A DNA stretch of 64,000 nucleotides from an uncultured Candidatus Poseidoniales archaeon. Lineage in GTDB: Archaea; Thermoplasmatota; Poseidoniia; Poseidoniales; Thalassarchaeaceae. Positions 63,851-64,000 of this stretch are shown here, one piece after another. A program made the translations under genes and the position numbers. Each line of letters begins with the position of its first letter. The first letter of the stretch is position 1. The notes beneath the pieces are model-generated. The model made no database searches. It was not told the DNA's origin and was given only the letters and a program-made list of their open reading frames with translations. The DNA lies in contig CACJKA010000001.1 in assembly GCA_902593945.1 (NCBI GenBank), positions 19,316 through 83,315 on the forward strand, in the 5' to 3' direction.

Positions 63851-64000
63851 TCTAATTAGCCTCCATAGTATCAGCAATTTGTTTATTCATTGCCTCTAAC
63901 ATCTCATCAATCTTATCTTCATAACCTGATTCGAACCTTCCTCTCATTAGGTCTGTACGAGCAGGGATATTGACTACATCCTCTAATGCAGCACCTCCTG
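63851..64000 (-). CDS. atpA: V/A-type ATP synthase subunit A. The CDS is partial: only the C-terminal end is in the window.
   Basis: The minus-strand frame is open to the window edge and ends with ...DEMLEAMNKQIADTMEAN-stop (stop at 63851-63853). It lies 10 nt upstream of atpB in the canonical A-B-D order. Confidence 0.6.

Overview
This 64 kb window appears to be an archaeal chromosomal region of low GC content (roughly 38%). The informational genes are typically archaeal: ribosomal proteins L10e and S6e, eIF2-gamma, Dph2, NMD3, Orc1/Cdc6, and V/A-type ATPase subunits A, B and D. They sit next to a complement acquired from bacteria: DNA gyrase GyrB/GyrA, MutS/MutL, RmuC, the Ccm heme exporter, and SufCBD. 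By inference only, this mix and the many large, acidic, membrane-anchored surface proteases are what one expects of a marine Thermoplasmatota/Poseidoniales-like (Marine Group II) archaeon. The window is densely coding on both strands and shows no mobile elements, CRISPR or rRNA.

Core housekeeping content comprises asd, aroD, aroA, an Fe-S assembly cluster (nfu-like, sufC, sufB, sufD), maf, tmk, hmgA, nadB, a ketopantoate-reductase-like gene, scpB-scpA-smc, and one tRNA-Ser(GCU).

The most notable unexplained structure is a 350 bp AT-rich intergenic region at about 49320-49667. It is packed with phased 11-bp tandem repeats built on the palindromic core CGTTAACG (TTAACGC in six or more copies, in both orientations). 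It lies directly upstream of a highly divergent Orc1/Cdc6-like AAA+/winged-helix protein that has a Walker-A lysine-to-arginine change and a roughly 300-aa acidic disordered insert. I propose this pair as a candidate replication origin with a dedicated initiator or regulator, or alternatively as a novel repeat-binding regulator and its operator.

Other items worth a second look are a site-2-protease-like membrane protein that has lost its HExxH motif, a thymidylate kinase fused to an unknown C-terminal domain of about 250 aa, a CcmA-CcmB fusion with a lone ccmC, and giant surface proteases (a subtilase and a gluzincin/PKD protein) with C-terminal anchors and a cytoplasmic zinc ribbon.
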